This document shows positions 1 to 10,725 of a stretch of 30,783 nucleotides of DNA, one piece after another. The stretch is from positions 1 to 30,783 of the forward strand of contig NW_021832489.1 in assembly GCF_006345805.1 (NCBI RefSeq), given 5' to 3'. Origin of the DNA: Octopus sinensis (taxonomy: Eukaryota). Made by a program: the position numbers and the translations under genes. The first letter of the stretch is position 1; the number at the start of each line of letters is the position of its first letter. The notes beneath the pieces were generated by a model. That model was not told where the DNA came from and did no database searches. It worked only from the letters and a program-made list of their open reading frames with translations.

Positions 1-14
1 ATATTATATATATA

Positions 15-783
15 TATATACCAATTAAGGACTGAACACGAAAAGGTGGACAGTCAAAATGCTAGATATAGACGTCAAATCGCCATTCTCACAAAGATTT
101 TGTTCTCAAATAAAAATACGATTTGACGTCTATATCTAGCATGTTGACTGTCCACCTTTTCGTGTTCAGTCCTTAATTGGTATATATAATATTTTAATCT
201 TCGGATTCTTTTTAATGTGCTAGACCACTGGTTTAATTGACTAATATCAATTTCTACCCTTAATTTTTAAATATGAAATATAGTTCTCAACCCGATAAAT
301 TGACTGCTGCTAATTTATTAGCTGCAAGTAGTTTTTCGATTATCAGCGCGCCCAAAAGTAGAGGCATTCGAAAGATACATCCGAACGTAATAGGTTGTAC
401 TTTTTGCATGCGGGACTCCGGTACCGTTTTTCATCTAGTACAGCATATTATGCTCATAACAAACTACGCTGATGATGAAGTTACAGATATCTTGTGATAT
501 TAATAGCTGAAACTGCAGTACGTATGGTAATTATTCCATTTAGTATTTTTCTTTTGTCTCATCCATTGCTTTAAGTCGTGCTGAATTTTATTTTTATTTG
601 AGAACAAAATCTTTGTGGAGAATGGCGATTTGACGTCTATATCTAGCATGTTGACTGTCCACCTTTTCGTGTTCAGTCCTTAATTGGTATATATAAATAT
701 TTTAATCTTCGGATTCTTTTTAATGTGCTAGACCACTGGTTTTAATTGACTAATATCAATTTCTACCCTTAATTTTTAAATAT
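15..783 (+). mobile_element. Penelope-like element terminal fragment with inverted and direct partial pLTR copies
   Basis: About 15-118 is the reverse complement of 589-693, and 119-274 is a direct copy of 626-783. Contains a hammerhead motif at 465-524 and is flanked by (TA)n on both sides. Confidence 0.75.
465..524 (+). ncRNA. Minimal type I hammerhead ribozyme motif
   Basis: TACG / CTGATGA (469-475) / helix II AGTTA..TAGCT after a 3-nt TGA insertion / GAAAC / palindromic loop TGCA / GTA (cut after 520) / CGTA. Confidence 0.75.
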
Positions 784-1039
784 ATATATATATATATATA
801 TATACAGGCATAATTTAGAGTTGTTTAAAGCTTCTAAGGGATAGATATATCCTAAGGTACTTTGGGTAATTACCTTAGTATATATATTCCTTGGTAAAAG
901 GTATACGGCAGCAGGTAATTTAGCGGGTAACTGTAGATTAATTTTAAAATGACGAGAAGAAAATGAAGGAAAAATAACACACTTCTGTTTGTTATTTTAT
1001 CCCCATTTTCTTCTTGTCTATACACATATATATATGGCA

Positions 1040-1740
1040 GTTGTCTACTCCTTATGCAGAGTTTGACCACCTCCTGTACCTACACCATAGCACAATCATG
1101 GCATCTGTTGTGGCTTTTTAAGCCTGACCATATTCTAAGACACCCACATAGATTGCACCTCCAATTTGGACCGCGAAGAGCTGCAGACAAGTTCTGCTCT
1201 TTGTGGATCTTAAAATGTCTTTTGAGGCCTCCGTTGGATTTGCAAACCTTCTGGCATACACTGCATTCACAGATGTGTACAGACATATAAGCAGAATAGT
1301 TGGTGGAGGTTTGTTTTCCATGCATTTGCAGATGAGATTTCAGACTGTGTACACAAAAAGGTCGTTGTCATTCACTGATATCGAAAAAGTGTAAACAAGC
1401 AATAATAAATCTCTGACTTTTCATCACTGGAAAAACCATATATGTTTGCAAAGGGAACCTACTTTTCATCAACAACTGGTGATTGTCACATGCTGATGAC
1501 GGGTCAATACCCAGAAACTCGAGTCCGTGTGTAACATAAGTTGAAGATGGGAAGGATGGCTTCCCCTTTGCAAATATTGATAGGGCACAGAAAGTGTGTC
1601 AATAGCCAGCTGGAGGAGGTGTCCTCCTGGGGCTACAAGCTACAGTAGCATCCACCCTTAAGGCTTAGCCACATTTAAGTGACAGATATACTTCACGATG
1701 TCGTGCAGCTACTGTTTATACCTCGCTCAGAGATTTATTA
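1040..1740 (-). mobile_element. Dispersed element with decayed C2H2 zinc fingers (probably non-LTR retroelement derived, RTE-like tail)
   Basis: ORF 1080-1325 has CSVC-x12-HFKIH and CNLC-x11-HNRCH, with a third broken finger upstream. It ends in a (TA)n tail near 1040. Segment 1665-1738 is homologous to 20703-20777. Confidence 0.55.
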
Positions 1741-1752
1741 TATATACAAATA

Positions 1753-2138
1753 GGAGTGGCTGTGTGGTAAGTAGCTTGCTAACCAACCACATGATTCCGG
1801 GTTCAGTCCCACTGCGTGGCATCTTGGGCTATAGCCTCTGACCAACCAATGCCTTGTGAGTGGATTTGGGAGACGGAAACTGAAAGAAGCCTGTCATATA
1901 TATGTATATATATGTATATGTATGTATGTATATGTGTTTGTGTGTCTGTGTTTGTACCCCTAGCATTGCTTGACAACCGATGCTGGTGTGTTTACGTACC
2001 CGTCATTTAGCGGTTCGGCAAAAGAGACTGATAGAATAAGTACTGGGCTTACAAAGAATAAGTCACGGGGTCGATTTGCTCGACTAAAGGCGGTGCTCCA
2101 GCATGGCCACAGTCAAATGACTGAAACATGTAAAAAGA
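1753..2138 (+). mobile_element. Octopus-type tRNA-derived SINE, family A, near full length
   Basis: Head GAGTGGCTGTGTGGTAAG..GGTTCAGTCCC, a central (TA/TG)n linker, and tail ..CAGTCAAATGACTGAAAC shared with about 10 other copies in the window. Confidence 0.85.
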
Positions 2139-2307
2139 AAAAAGAAAAGAAAAATATATATATACACACACACCACACACATATATACCAGTGTAAGCAC
2201 ATAAATGTGAAACAATGTGGAAAAGAAAGACTCAAATACCAGAACATGAAACTCTGAGTAACAGCTTTTGTGATGTCTTTGCAGCTTTATTAATAAAGTG
2301 TGTGTGT

Positions 2308-2620
2308 GAAGGTGCATGGCCTAGTTAAGGTATTTGGTTCCTAATTGTAAGGTTGTGAGTTCAATTCCTGGCAATGTGTCGTGTCCTTGAGCAAGACACT
2401 TTATTTCACATTGATCCAGTCTACTCAGCTGGCAAAAATGAGTAGTACCTGTAATTCAAAGGGCCAGCTTTGTCACATTCTGATTCACGCTGAATCTCCC
2501 CAAGAACTATGTTAAGGGTACACGTCTGTGGGGTGCCCAGCCATTTGCATGTTAATTTCACGAGCAGGCTGTTCCATTGATCGGATCAATCGGAACCATT
2601 GTTGTCCTAACTGATGGAGT
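2308..2620 (+). mobile_element. Degenerate tRNA-derived SINE with CORE-like centre (family G)
   Basis: A/B-box-like head (GAGTTCAATTCC) followed by GTGTCCTTGAGCAAGACACTT. Related to 11937-12235. Confidence 0.7.
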
Positions 2621-2623
2621 GCC

Positions 2624-2885
2624 TATCATCATCATCATCATCATCGTTTAATGTCCGCTTTCCATGCTAGCATGGGTTGGACGGTTCAACTGGGGTCTGG
2701 CAAGCCCGAAGGCTGCACCAGGCCAGTCAGATCTGGCAGTGCTTCTACAGCTGGATGCCCTTCCTAACGCCAACCACTCCGAGAGTGTAGTGGGTGATTT
2801 TATGTGCCACCGACACAGGTGCCAGACGAGGCTGGCAGATGGCCACGCTCAGATGGTGTTTTTTTATGTGTCACCGACACAGGTG
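2624..2885 (-). mobile_element. Short retroposon family C with (GAT)n tail
   Basis: Shares CAGCTGGATGCCCTTCCTAACGCCAACCACTCC and GGAAAGCGGACATTAAACGATGATG with 12304-12586. Confidence 0.8.
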
Positions 2886-3130
2886 CCTATATATTCTTTT
2901 TTTCATTCTTTTATTCTTTTATTTGTTTCAGTCATATGACTGCAGACATACTGGAGCATCGCCTTTAGTCGAACAATTCGCCCCCAGAACTTATTCTTTG
3001 TTCATCTAGTACTTATTCTATCAATCTCTTTTGCCAAACCGCTAGGTTACGAGGACATAAACACACCAACATCAGTTGTCAAGCGATGGTGGGGGAACAA
3101 ACACAGACACACAAGCATATATATATATAT

Positions 3131-3418
3131 ATCTGTAAAATAATATGTGACAATTATTCAGTAGCCAAGATAAAACTCTGAGTTTCGGATGCCGAGGTGG
3201 AAATCCACACCACCATCTCTTCAGTTATCTGGTTAGCGCTTTCGTATAAGTAGCGGACTATAACACAGTAATTTCCCTTTGTATAACGGTCTTTTTTCAT
3301 AGCGTTTTTCAGATGGCCAGATAACCGAAGAGATGGTGTTGTGGATTTCCACCTTGGCATCTGAAACTCAGAGTTTTATCTTGGCTACCGAATAATTGTC
3401 ACATATTATTTTACAGAT
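3131..3418. mobile_element. Penelope-like fold-back fragment (about 102-bp inverted arms, 84-bp spacer)
   Basis: 3131-3232 is the reverse complement of 3317-3418 with a few mismatches. Each arm contains a hammerhead-like motif. Confidence 0.75.
3165..3232 (-). ncRNA. Type I hammerhead ribozyme motif (inverted twin at 3317-3384 has mutated core CCGAAGA)
   Basis: Minus strand: CCAGATAA / CTGAAGA / GATG..GTGGA TT TCCAC..CATC (+1 C) / GAAAC TC A GA GTT / TTATCTTGG. Helix III has a 1-nt loop, so only a dimer could form it. Confidence 0.65.
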
Positions 3419-3480
3419 AAATTTCCTCTATTTACATAATATTGAGGTCTCTTTCTTTTGTTATCTTACTGTTTTTACCA

Positions 3481-3520
<40 letters not shown>

Positions 3521-3751
3521 GATGGGCCTCTTTCAGTTTCCGTCTACCAAATTCACTCACAAGTCTTTGGTCGGTCCAAGGCTATAGTGGATGACACTTG
3601 CCCAAGTTGCCACACAGTGGGACTGAACCTGGAACCATATGGTTGGTAAGCAAGCTACTTACCACACAGCCACTCCTGTGCCTACATTTATATTTACATA
3701 CATATAATTCTAGGATCAGAACTACCATAAATAAAAATAATGAATAATTAC

Positions 3752-3978
3752 CTGCAACAAATTTATAAGAAATTTTTGGTGGACTTCTGTGGTCACCCAA
3801 AGACGAAATTGCGAGTGCACATTTTCTGTTTCCAAAACTGTCTCAACAATTTCTGTTAAGAAGTCAAGACTTAAATGGCAGTTCTGTAGCAGTAGCCAAC
3901 CTCCTTGTTGGAGGCCTTGCTGGAGCAACCTGCGTGCATGTACTTCTTGCCCTTGGCCCATTGATAAGGCATGGCATT
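3752..3978 (-). CDS. DNAH5: Axonemal dynein heavy chain, internal exon 4 of 4 (AAA6)
   Basis: Acceptor tttcag and donor GTAATT. 227 nt (phase 1 to phase 0) encoding (E)[39 protein letters not shown]...[19 protein letters not shown], with the diagnostic SMGQGQ and LQNCHL motifs. Confidence 0.96.
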
Positions 3979-4029
3979 CTGAAAGAAAATAAGACTTATG
4001 TATAAACATCAAAAAATATTATTAAAAGA

Positions 4030-4700
4030 ACTTGTGTGTGTGTATGTATGTGTATCTTTTTGCAAAATACATGTGTGAGTGTTTTTTGTGTACAAGTGTG
4101 TGTGTGTATGTGTGTCTGTGTGTGTGTGGTGTGTGTGTGTGTGTGTGTGTGTATGTGTCTGTGTGTGTGTGTGTGAATTGATGTGTATCTTTTTATAAAA
4201 TTCATGTGAGAGTGTGTCTTTTGTGTACAAGTGTGTTTGTTTGGTGTGGTCTGTGTGTGTGGTGTGGTCTGTGTGTGTGGTGTGGTCTGTGTGTGTGGCG
4301 TGGTCTGTGTGTGTGTGGTGTGGTCTGTGTGTGTGGTGTGGTCTGTGTGTGTGGTGTGGTCTGTGTGTGTGGTGTGGTCTGTGTGTGTGGTGTGGTCTGT
4401 GTGTGTGTGGTGTGGTCTGTGTGTGTGGTGTGGTCTGTGTGTGTGGTGTGGTCTGTGTGTGTGGTGTGGTCTGTGTGTGTGGTGTGGTCTGTGTGTGTGT
4501 GGTGTGGTCTGTGTGTGTGGTGTGGTCTGTGTGTGTGGTGTGGTCTGTGTGCGTGCCTCCGAATTGATATGTTTGTATATGTATGTATTTGAATTGATAT
4601 GGGTTTGCAAATATGTATCTGTGTGTGAGTGCATGTGTGTGTGTGTGTGCGTGCAAGTGTGTGTGTATGTGTGTGTACACATGTACAGGTGTATGTGGAC
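4030..4700. repeat. Compound (GT)n microsatellite with 17-19 bp minisatellite (GTGTGGTGTGGTCTGTG)n at about 4243-4550
   Basis: Read directly from the sequence. It explains the six overlapping low-complexity ORFs here. Confidence 0.95.
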
Positions 4701-4970
4701 ACATGCATGTGTGTATGCATATCTAAATAAAAATAATAAACAGAAACCATCCTATAATGTTAAAGCTGATTTCTAAAATAAAAACAAACTTCCTTCCGAA
4801 AATATCGAGTACAAATGAAGAGAGTCTTTCATTCTTCTGCCTCTTCGTTCACAGGCTGGATTGGCACAAAACATAAAATGATCTTTTGTTATACATCAAA
4901 AACCCAAATTTTTCAAGATCATTGTATTGACTCGTAGTCATTAAACCAAGATAGAAATGTGAGTTTATAA

Positions 4971-5250
4971 TACGGGGTAATTAAAAAAAAAAAAATGAAC
5001 TGATTTCATCAGGCAATATTTTAATAAGGAAAAGCAATGGAAAACTCCAGCTAAGTCACAAGTATTTACTCACAATCAACATTTTACTCCTGTCTTACAA
5101 GAGTTCAATGTGGCCACCACCTGCAGCACGGGCAATATCAATGCGATAAGAGAATTCTTCCCAGATGCATATCAGCATATCACAACCCACTGAATTAATT
5201 GCTGTTGTTATTCAGTGTTTAAGGTCATTGAGGTTAGTGGGTAGTGGTGG
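4971..5250 (-). mobile_element. Tc1/mariner transposon 3' remnant (transposase C-terminus plus probable TIR)
   Basis: 5250 to 5095 translates PPLPTNLNDLKH*ITTAINSVGCDMLICIWEEFSYRIDIARAAGGGHIELL*, a typical mariner-type C-terminus with one internal stop. TA-CGGGGT..ATGAACTGATTTCA at about 4971-5010 resembles a TIR. Confidence 0.85.
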
Positions 5251-5255
5251 AGTTT

Positions 5256-5306
5256 TCTTGTTGCTAAGTATTTTGCCTGGTGTGCTACCAATTTTGCCAG
5301 CTCACA
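5256..5306 (-). mobile_element. SINE family B head fragment
   Basis: Reverse complement GAGCTGGCAAAATTGGTAGCACACCAGGCAAAATACTTAGC matches the heads at 9146, 13472 and 18992. Confidence 0.7.
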
Positions 5307-5381
5307 GCCTTAAACTCATTATTAACAAGAGCAATCATATATATATATATGTATATATATATATGTGTGTATGTGTTTGTG

Positions 5382-5596
5382 TGTATGTGTTTGTCCCCCC
5401 AACATCACTTGACAACCGATGCTGGTGTGTTTACGTCTCCATAACTTAGCGGTTCAGCAAAAAGAGACCGATAGAATAAGTACTAGGCTTACAAAGAATA
5501 AGTCCTGGGGTCGATTTCCTCGACTAAAGGCGGTGCTCCAGCATGGCCACAATCAAATGACTGAAACAAGTAAAAGTGGAAAGAGTAAAAGAGTAA
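5382..5596 (+). mobile_element. SINE family A tail
   Basis: GTGTTTGTCCCCC..GACAACCGATGCTGGTGTGTTTACG..GACTGAAACAAGTAAAAG, ending about 20 bp from the exon 3 donor. Confidence 0.85.
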
Positions 5597-5618
5597 CATC
5601 TAAAGTTCAAATGCTTAC

Positions 5619-5940
5619 CAATCTTATGTTTCTTAGCAAGCGCTTCGATATTACTACTGGGGTCTGCTCCCATCGAAAGCATTCCAACTAATGGTGTACG
5701 ACTATCACTTTCTTCCCACACCTTTGCCAAATCAAGAATAACACCTTCAGTGTATACATCACCAAGCGTATCAGCAATATAATTTCTTGCTTGCGGTAAT
5801 GTACGGTCAGGACACCAGCAACGAACCAGCAGCAGACACCGGAAACTATCCAGTGAGGTACTGTAACCATCTGGAATCATTTCTTCTTCGGGACATCGTT
5901 TGTCAAACCAAGATTTCCACTGCTTTTCATTCCTGGTGAC
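5619..5940 (-). CDS. DNAH5: Axonemal dynein heavy chain, internal exon 3 of 4
   Basis: Acceptor tggtag and donor GTAAGC. 322 nt (phase 0 to phase 1) encoding [26 protein letters not shown]...[19 protein letters not shown]...[32 protein letters not shown], the start of AAA6. Confidence 0.95.
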
Positions 5941-6539
5941 CTACCAATCAAATGACATGAAATTAAGACATACAATTTGCATCATCGTCATCATCACCAC
6001 CACCATCATCATCATCATATAAAAGCAATGATTATTACTTGCTAATTCCTAATAGAAATTATAATAAAACTTCATTATCCTGTTTCAAATGGAGCATCTT
6101 GTAATTTATGTACATCTGAGAACATCTATATTTTTGTCACTAAAGGACATCTTTTTAACAAACATCATAAAAGGATTTTCTTTTTGTACAAATAGAATCC
6201 TGAAAATATATCCACTGTAAATCCAAATTCTGCTTCTATCTGCAATCCTTGTTCACAAATTACGTTTATTTATCTCCTTTTAATAATTTTCATTATAATT
6301 CCTACTAATCTTACTTCCTTATTTACACTCTTTCACACTTAATCTTATTCTTACACAACTCTTATTGATATAAGTATTTTACAAAAACACCGCAACAAAA
6401 TCTACCAACCTACTAACTTTAACTAACTTGTAACCAACTTCACTTAATTACTCTCAGTTACAATTGGCACATGTGGATCTAGGATCCACACCACAATTAA
6501 CATATATCTATCAAAGCTTTCTCTGGTGCCATGTAAATA

Positions 6540-6712
6540 GCAATGGTGATGGTGCCATGCAAAAAATCACCCAGTACACTCTGTGAAGTGTTTGGCATTA
6601 GTAAGGGTACCCAGCTGTAGAAAACAAGCCAAAACAGACTGGTATGACTCATGGCCTTGCCAGCTCCTGTCAAACCATGTTGCTAAACAACAACAACAAC
6701 AGCAAGAGCAGT

Positions 6713-6769
<57 letters not shown>

Positions 6770-6936
6770 TTAGTGCTTAGGTGCGGAAGACCCCAGACCT
6801 TGGGAAAAAAAAAAACTTTGGTCGTCTTGTTGTAGTCGAGGGCTCTTCGTTGACGCCCGACACCACTGGGAGGTGGCCCTCGAAGTCGCTGGAAATGGAG
6901 ATCTCTAGGTCCAAATTCTTGAACGGCTGCTGCTGT

Positions 6937-6975
<39 letters not shown>

Positions 6976-7065
6976 CACATTGTTGTTACTATTACAACTC
7001 TTGGTCCACATGGTTTAACAGCATGGAAAAACAGATCTTATATGATAATGATGATGACGATGAAA
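6540..7065 (+). mobile_element. Degenerate family C retroposon interrupted by microsatellites and repeat D
   Basis: 5' part at about 6540-6684 (TGGCATTAGTAAGGG..CCAGCTGTAGAAA) and 3' part at about 7003-7065 (GCATGGAAAA..GATGATGAC). Confidence 0.6.
6771..6923. repeat. Unclassified 153-bp repeat D, copy 1, embedded in (AGT)n and (CTA)n
   Basis: Near-identical direct copy at 8329-8481. Both copies are followed by (CTA)n and CACATTGTTGTTACTATTAC. Confidence 0.9.
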
Positions 7066-7479
7066 CCGTTTCCCCCCGTAACACCAGTTTAAACCCCCCT
7101 GTTGGCTGTCTACATAAATTTCTTTTTAACTAAATCTACACCTGCACTTCACTTAACGACATCAAACGAAATATTCATTAATATTTTATCAAACTACTTC
7201 CCACCACCGCTTTACCAGCTCATTGACCTCACTACAGAACTTATCTATTTTTTAAACCAATACCTAATCTAATCATTAAATTTTTTTTCTTTCCATTCAT
7301 TAGTCCCTTGTCTTCATAAATTACCATCCCCACCCTCACGGCTTTGTCTTTTTCCACCCCCAGCTCTGTAACAGTGACTCACATTTATGCAGTTATTTTC
7401 CTGCCATTTCTTCTTATCTAATTAATCAGTTAATTTTTCTATCACTTTGATCTGTGACATACTCCCCACCCCACCCCAC

Positions 7480-7481
7480 CC

Positions 7482-7516
<35 letters not shown>

Positions 7517-7990
7517 TACATACATACATACATACATACATACACACATACATACATACATACATACATAAATACATACATACATAAATACATACATACA
7601 TACATACATATATACATACATACATACATACATACGCACATACATACATACATACATATATACATACATACATACACACACATACATACATACACACATA
7701 CATACATACACACACATACATACATACACACACACACATGCATACATACATACATAAATACATACATACATACATACATATATACATACATACATACATA
7801 CATACATACATACAATACATACATACATAAATACATACATACATACATACATATATACATACATACATACATACATACGCACATACATACATACATACAT
7901 ACATAAATACATACATACATACATATATACATACATACATACATATATATACACACACACATACATACACACATACATACACACACACAC

Positions 7991-8021
<31 letters not shown>

Positions 8022-8036
8022 TACATACACATACAT

Positions 8037-8087
<51 letters not shown>

Positions 8088-8110
8088 TACATAGATACAT
8101 ACATACACAT
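7480..8110. repeat. (ACAT)n/(AC)n compound microsatellite
   Basis: Read directly from the sequence. It is the source of the MYVC-type ORFs. Confidence 0.97.
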
Positions 8111-8222
8111 GTGCACAGACTGCAAAAAAGAAAATCAAAGTATTCTTCACGTACACTCCTAATATACTTAAATTTAATTTCTCCCCTTCAACTTTGTCTC
8201 TTACATGTTATTTATGATATAA

Positions 8223-8255
<33 letters not shown>

Positions 8256-8328
8256 GCTACTGCTGCTGCTGCTGCTGCTGTTGTTGTTGTTTAACAACCA
8301 GACAGGTAAGGGTGATTAGGTGATGGTC

Positions 8329-8481
8329 TAGTGCTTAGGTGCGGAAGATCCCAGACCTTGGAAAAAAAAAAAACTTAGGTCGTCTTGTTGTAGTTGAGGG
8401 CCCTTCGTTGACACCCGACACCACTGGGAGGTGGCCCTCGAAGTCGCTGGAAATGGAGATCTCTAGGTCCAAATTCTTGAA
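8329..8481. repeat. Unclassified repeat D, copy 2
   Basis: Direct copy of 6771-6923 at offset 1558. Confidence 0.9.
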
Positions 8482-9030
8482 TTGCTACTACTACTACTAC
8501 TAAAAACTACTACTACTACTACTACTACTATTACTACTACTACTACCACATTGTTGTTACTATTACTACTGCTGTTGTATTTTAGTCTAGTACAGAAAAC
8601 TTATAAGTATTCAGACATTAGGGATCTGGGGTTACATTGTCGAATGTTATTAAGGCTGAGGTAGATTTTTCTGCTATTTATAAGAAAGTTCTTCTTCTTG
8701 TCCTCTCCCTCCTACTCCTATCTATCCCTTCCCTCCTGGCAAAGATGATTCGTTTATAGCTATCAAGTATTTGTGCTCTTGCATAAGAGCAAACCATTCT
8801 TTTCAGATAGTGAAAGGCAGATTTTATAACTGATGACACATAACAACGTAGAAATGCATACATCTCTACAATTCAGTGAGTCATTCACAGCCTGTCATCT
8901 AGGAGGAGAATTTTCTTCCAAACCAATTTGCACAGCAAAAGGCTTTCCTACATCTGAGTGTCCCTCGAGTGTATTAAATAGGACTTTACATCAATATACT
9001 TTTTTCTACATTGCTTCATGCAACTTTAGT

Positions 9031-9790
9031 TTATCATCATCAATATCATCATCAATATCAAACATCCAATTTCCGTGCTGTCATAGGTTGGATGGCTTGA
9101 CAGGAACTGGCAAGACCAGGGGCCATAGCAGATTCCATAGTCAGAAGGCGGTGAGCTGGCAGAAACGTTAGCACACCGGGCGAAATGCATAGCCGTATTT
9201 CGTCTGTCTTTACGTTCTGAGTTCAAATTCCGCCGAGGTCGACTTTGCCTTTCATCCTTTCAGGGTCGATTAAATAAGTACCAGTTACGCACTGGGGTCG
9301 ATTAATCGACTTAATCCATTTGTCTGTCCTTGTTTGTCCCCTCTGTTTTTAGCCCCTTGTGGGTAGTAAGAAATAGGTATTTCGTCTGTCTTTACGTTCT
9401 GAGTTCAAATTCCGCCGAGGTCGACTTTGCTTTCATCATCCTTTCGGGGGTCGATTTAATAAGTACCAGTTACGCACTGGGGTCGTGTAATCGACTTAAT
9501 CCATTTGTCTGTCCTTGTTTGTCCCCTCTGTGTTTAGCCCCTTGTGGGTAGTAAAGAAATAGGTTCCATAATCTGTTTGTTTTGGCTTGGTTTCTATGCC
9601 TGAATGCCTTTCCTAATGCAAATCTCCTAATGCAACGAAGTGTACTGGGTGCTTTTTACATGGCACCATCACCAGTGCTTTCGTGTGGAACCAGCACCAG
9701 TGATTTTTACATGGCACCAACACCAGTGATTTTTATGTGGCACCAGCACCACTGCATTTTATGTGACACTAGCACTCACACCAGCACTTT
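9031..9790 (-). mobile_element. Degenerate family C retroposon interrupted by a family B tandem
   Basis: (CAT)n tail side at about 9031-9145. The remainder at about 9565-9790 has GCCTTTCCTAATGC..GGTGCTTTTTACATGGCACC. Confidence 0.6.
9146..9563 (+). mobile_element. SINE family B: head plus two tandem body units of about 182 bp
   Basis: GAGCTGGCAGAAACGTTAGC head. The unit GTATTTCGTCTG..GTAGTAAAGAAATAG starts at 9195 and again at 9377. Confidence 0.85.
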
Positions 9791-9898
9791 AATGTGACAT
9801 GTGGGTTTTAGGATCTCAATTTTGCTGTGGTGGTCAGGTCTTCTTAAGTACAACAATGCACCATATATCTTGGTCATCTGTCATCTCACTCATAAGGT

Positions 9899-10438
9899 AT
9901 GACTCCAGTCCGACCCCTCCACTTTGTACATCTTCCCCCAACCTACCCCCTTCCCTCCTTCAAACGAGCCCACAACCTTCATGGCCTCTTGATCCACAGT
10001 TTCTTCCCTAATCCCACCTCCCAACCTGGCTCATTCCCCTGCTCCCGCCCATGCTGCTGCACTTGCCCCTACCTCTCCACCATCTTCACAGGCACCCATC
10101 ATCGTCCCTATCATATCACTGACTCCTTTACCTGCACTTCTGGCAATGTCATTTACTGCATCTCCTGATCTCTCTGCCCTTCTCTGTACATTGATCAAAT
10201 GGGACACTGCTTGGCTGACTGGTTCATAGAGCACCTCTGAGGCATTAGACTTGGCAATGTCACCCCGGTCTCACACCATTTCTGCTCTACCTGTCATTCA
10301 TTACAACACCTGTCTGTGTTCGGATTGTCTTTGCATAGGGGCCATCCGGACTCCTGCCTTCACCATGAACAGAGATTAATCTTCTCTCTCTGCTCCTTTG
10401 TGCCATATGGGCTCAACTCCCCTCCCCTCTTCATATGA
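9899..10438 (+). pseudogene. Penelope-like element ORF remnant: Cys-rich linker plus GIY-YIG endonuclease
   Basis: One frame reads FKRAHNLHGLLIHS..GSFPCSRPCCCTCPY..FTCTSGNVIYCIS*SLCPSLYIDQMGHCLADWFIEHL*GIR..PVSHHF..EQRLIFSL..PYGLN. This matches the PLE linker and GIY-YIG pattern, with stops at 10166 and 10238. Confidence 0.9.
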
Positions 10439-10725
10439 CTCCCCTCATCTCCTCTCTTCATCTGACACCTGCTTCCTCTCTTCACTCCTACCCACCTTTT
10501 CCTTTCATTGATGCCCTACCTTCATCCACACCCCACCGCACACATCCTACTCCCACATACTCCACCCCTACCCCACACCTTCACCTCTACCCTACATCCT
10601 CACTCCACCCCACATCCTCACCCCGAACCCACACTTCACCTTGAGTTAATGATGTGGGTAAATAAATAAAAACAAGTTACAGAATATCGGTACTTCTGGC
10701 AAACCATGATGCTTAAGAGCATGCA

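Larger units (their letters stand above)
2911..3682 (-). mobile_element. SINE family A split in its (TA)n linker by a Penelope-like fragment
   Basis: Tail at about 2911-3115 and head at about 3521-3682, same orientation, with the insert between them. Confidence 0.8.

Noticed and set aside
1080-1325. Nested host C2H2 zinc-finger gene
   Set aside because: There are no TGEKP linkers or splice structure, the adjacent finger is broken, and it sits in a dispersed repeat with a TA tail. It is treated as element-derived.
1480-1660. Possible HDV-like ribozyme at the 5' part of the zinc-finger element
   Set aside because: Only a simple hairpin (GGAGG ACA CCTCC within CCAG/CTGG) was found, and no nested double pseudoknot could be built.
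1-3751. Next dynein exon (expected roughly SIKFxNxPPxGxxAGLKRT) and, at the other end, the exon upstream of 26254
   Set aside because: Not found by eye in 1-3751 or 26255-30783. They are presumed to lie outside the window, and a tBLASTn would confirm.
4243-4550. Regular short repeat array superficially like CRISPR
   Set aside because: The units are contiguous with no unique spacers, the context is a eukaryotic intron, and there are no cas genes.
3996-4776. Long ORFs of 117-231 aa (HT/VC-rich)
   Set aside because: They are translations of (GT)n and a 17-19 bp minisatellite, open in many frames with no protein signal.
7422-8156. Long ORFs here and at 27988-28849 (MYVC/HTYI repeats)
   Set aside because: They are stop-free (ACAT)n microsatellite translations.
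8678-8863. 61-aa ORF with Arg-rich end
   Set aside because: No recognisable motif or splice-compatible dynein sequence. The Arg richness comes from a purine-rich tract.
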